From NCBI GenBank assembly GCA_000002445.1, contig CM000207.1, positions 1,056,001-1,120,000 on the forward strand: DNA of 64,000 bases. Reading direction: 5' to 3'. The notes under the pieces were generated by a model. That model saw nothing but the letters and a program-made list of their open reading frames with translations. It searched no databases and was not told the origin of the DNA. The position numbers and the translations under genes were made by a program. Numbering within the stretch: position 1 is the stretch's first letter; each line of letters opens with the position of its first letter. Source of the stretch: Trypanosoma brucei. Lineage: Eukaryota. Below are positions 63,370-64,000 of the stretch, in pieces.

Positions 63370-64000
63370 CAATTTTTTCCGAAATCATAGTGGAGGGCAG
63401 AGCAAGTAGGGGAACACTTAATCTTTTGTAGTGGAAGAATGGCGACTAGCGGCGGGTTCACGTATATGAGTATCAACCAAAGATACGTACATTCTGCAGT
63501 TTTGAGTGGTGCGGGAGTCGGGTAGTTGCGCAATGATAGGAGTGTTGTGATGTGTGTTGACATGCGGTACATCTGGTGGGTATGTGACACAATGTTTACG
63601 GCAGACCGGCTGAAGGAAAACACACAGGTGTTGAGGGACGAAGCCAGTTAGAAGGAGACCCATGTCGAAAATTGCGCATTACCACATGGTAAGGGGTGTC
63701 GTAGCGTGCTAACCTTATGTTATTGATGCACTGTGTGCTCACGTAATTGTTTTAAAACCATTGTGTCCCCCGTTCTTTTCGTTTTGATTACTTCCAAATG
63801 CGCGTCGTTACCCCTTCTCAAACGTGATGGTGGTGAAAGGAATAGGGTGGAACCGTGGAAGGAGAGCGTCGGTTGTACCAGTTAGGCACCAGAAACGGCG
63901 ACGGAAGAGGAAGGTGAAAGGGACAAAGGTGTAGTACATTAATAGTATTTGTGTCCGGTTGTTTTGCCTTATGCTCGCGACCCAAACCAAGACGTGGGTT

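Noticed and set aside
1-64000. A prokaryotic defence-system or operon interpretation (CRISPR, RM, toxin-antitoxin, phage island)
   Set aside because: There are no direct-repeat/spacer arrays and no Shine-Dalgarno-spaced gene couplets. Gene products are eukaryotic in type: RS-domain RRM protein, exosome cap, TOP1B fragment, MRPL47, GRAM and PDE folds. Intergenic regions are long and pyrimidine-rich. The window is best read as a kinetoplastid nuclear chromosome segment.

Overview
This window does not look prokaryotic. It reads as a nuclear chromosomal segment from a kinetoplastid, Trypanosoma-like, with GC near 50% by eye. That assignment is inference from sequence only.

The reasons are these. 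Nearly all substantial ORFs lie head-to-tail on the + strand, as in a polycistronic transcription unit, and there are no introns. Pyrimidine-rich intergenic tracts resembling trans-splice acceptor signals precede most genes. One gene encodes the small subunit of the bi-subunit type IB topoisomerase, whose 'SKxNY' active-site tyrosine segment is kinetoplastid-specific. There is also a small RRM+RS protein, and (GT)n/(TA)n microsatellites are scattered through the window.

The ORF track uses GTG/TTG pseudo-starts in several places. I re-anchored CDS starts to the first in-frame ATG where I could verify it in the sequence.

I call about 23 + strand CDS with some confidence. Those with a recognisable family are: TOP1B small subunit, an EFM4/METTL10-like SAM-dependent methyltransferase, an exosome S1/KH cap subunit, a GRAM-domain protein, a giant RluA-type pseudouridine synthase, a TPR protein, mitochondrial ribosomal protein uL29m (MRPL47), a 1690-aa AMP-deaminase-like protein, a mitochondrial trans-2-enoyl-CoA reductase (MECR/ETR1-like), a PDE-fold protein, a rhodanese-like protein, a CID-like protein, a PPR-like 1651-aa helical-repeat protein and a KAR5/GEX1-like membrane protein.

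The first ~19 kb is strikingly gene-poor, with only two convincing genes. It carries compound microsatellites and an AT-rich island.

The main things worth a second look are:
- A ~520-bp sequence occurs twice in inverted orientation (14373..14891 and 46424..46951, ~98% identical), bracketing a ~31.5-kb block of ~15 genes.
- The AMP-deaminase gene contains two tandem AMPD catalytic-domain modules, both lacking the canonical zinc-binding and catalytic residues, so it looks like a double pseudo-deaminase.
- A class-I PDE-fold protein keeps the YHNxxHAADV motif but has lost the downstream metal-binding HD…D residues.
- A rhodanese-like domain lacks the catalytic Cys.
- A signal-peptide / Cys-rich / coiled-coil / C-terminal-TM protein has the architecture of KAR5/GEX1 nuclear-fusion proteins.

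I found no CRISPR arrays, no prokaryotic operon signals, and no rRNA or SL-RNA genes. All family assignments are from motif reading by eye, and no database search was possible.
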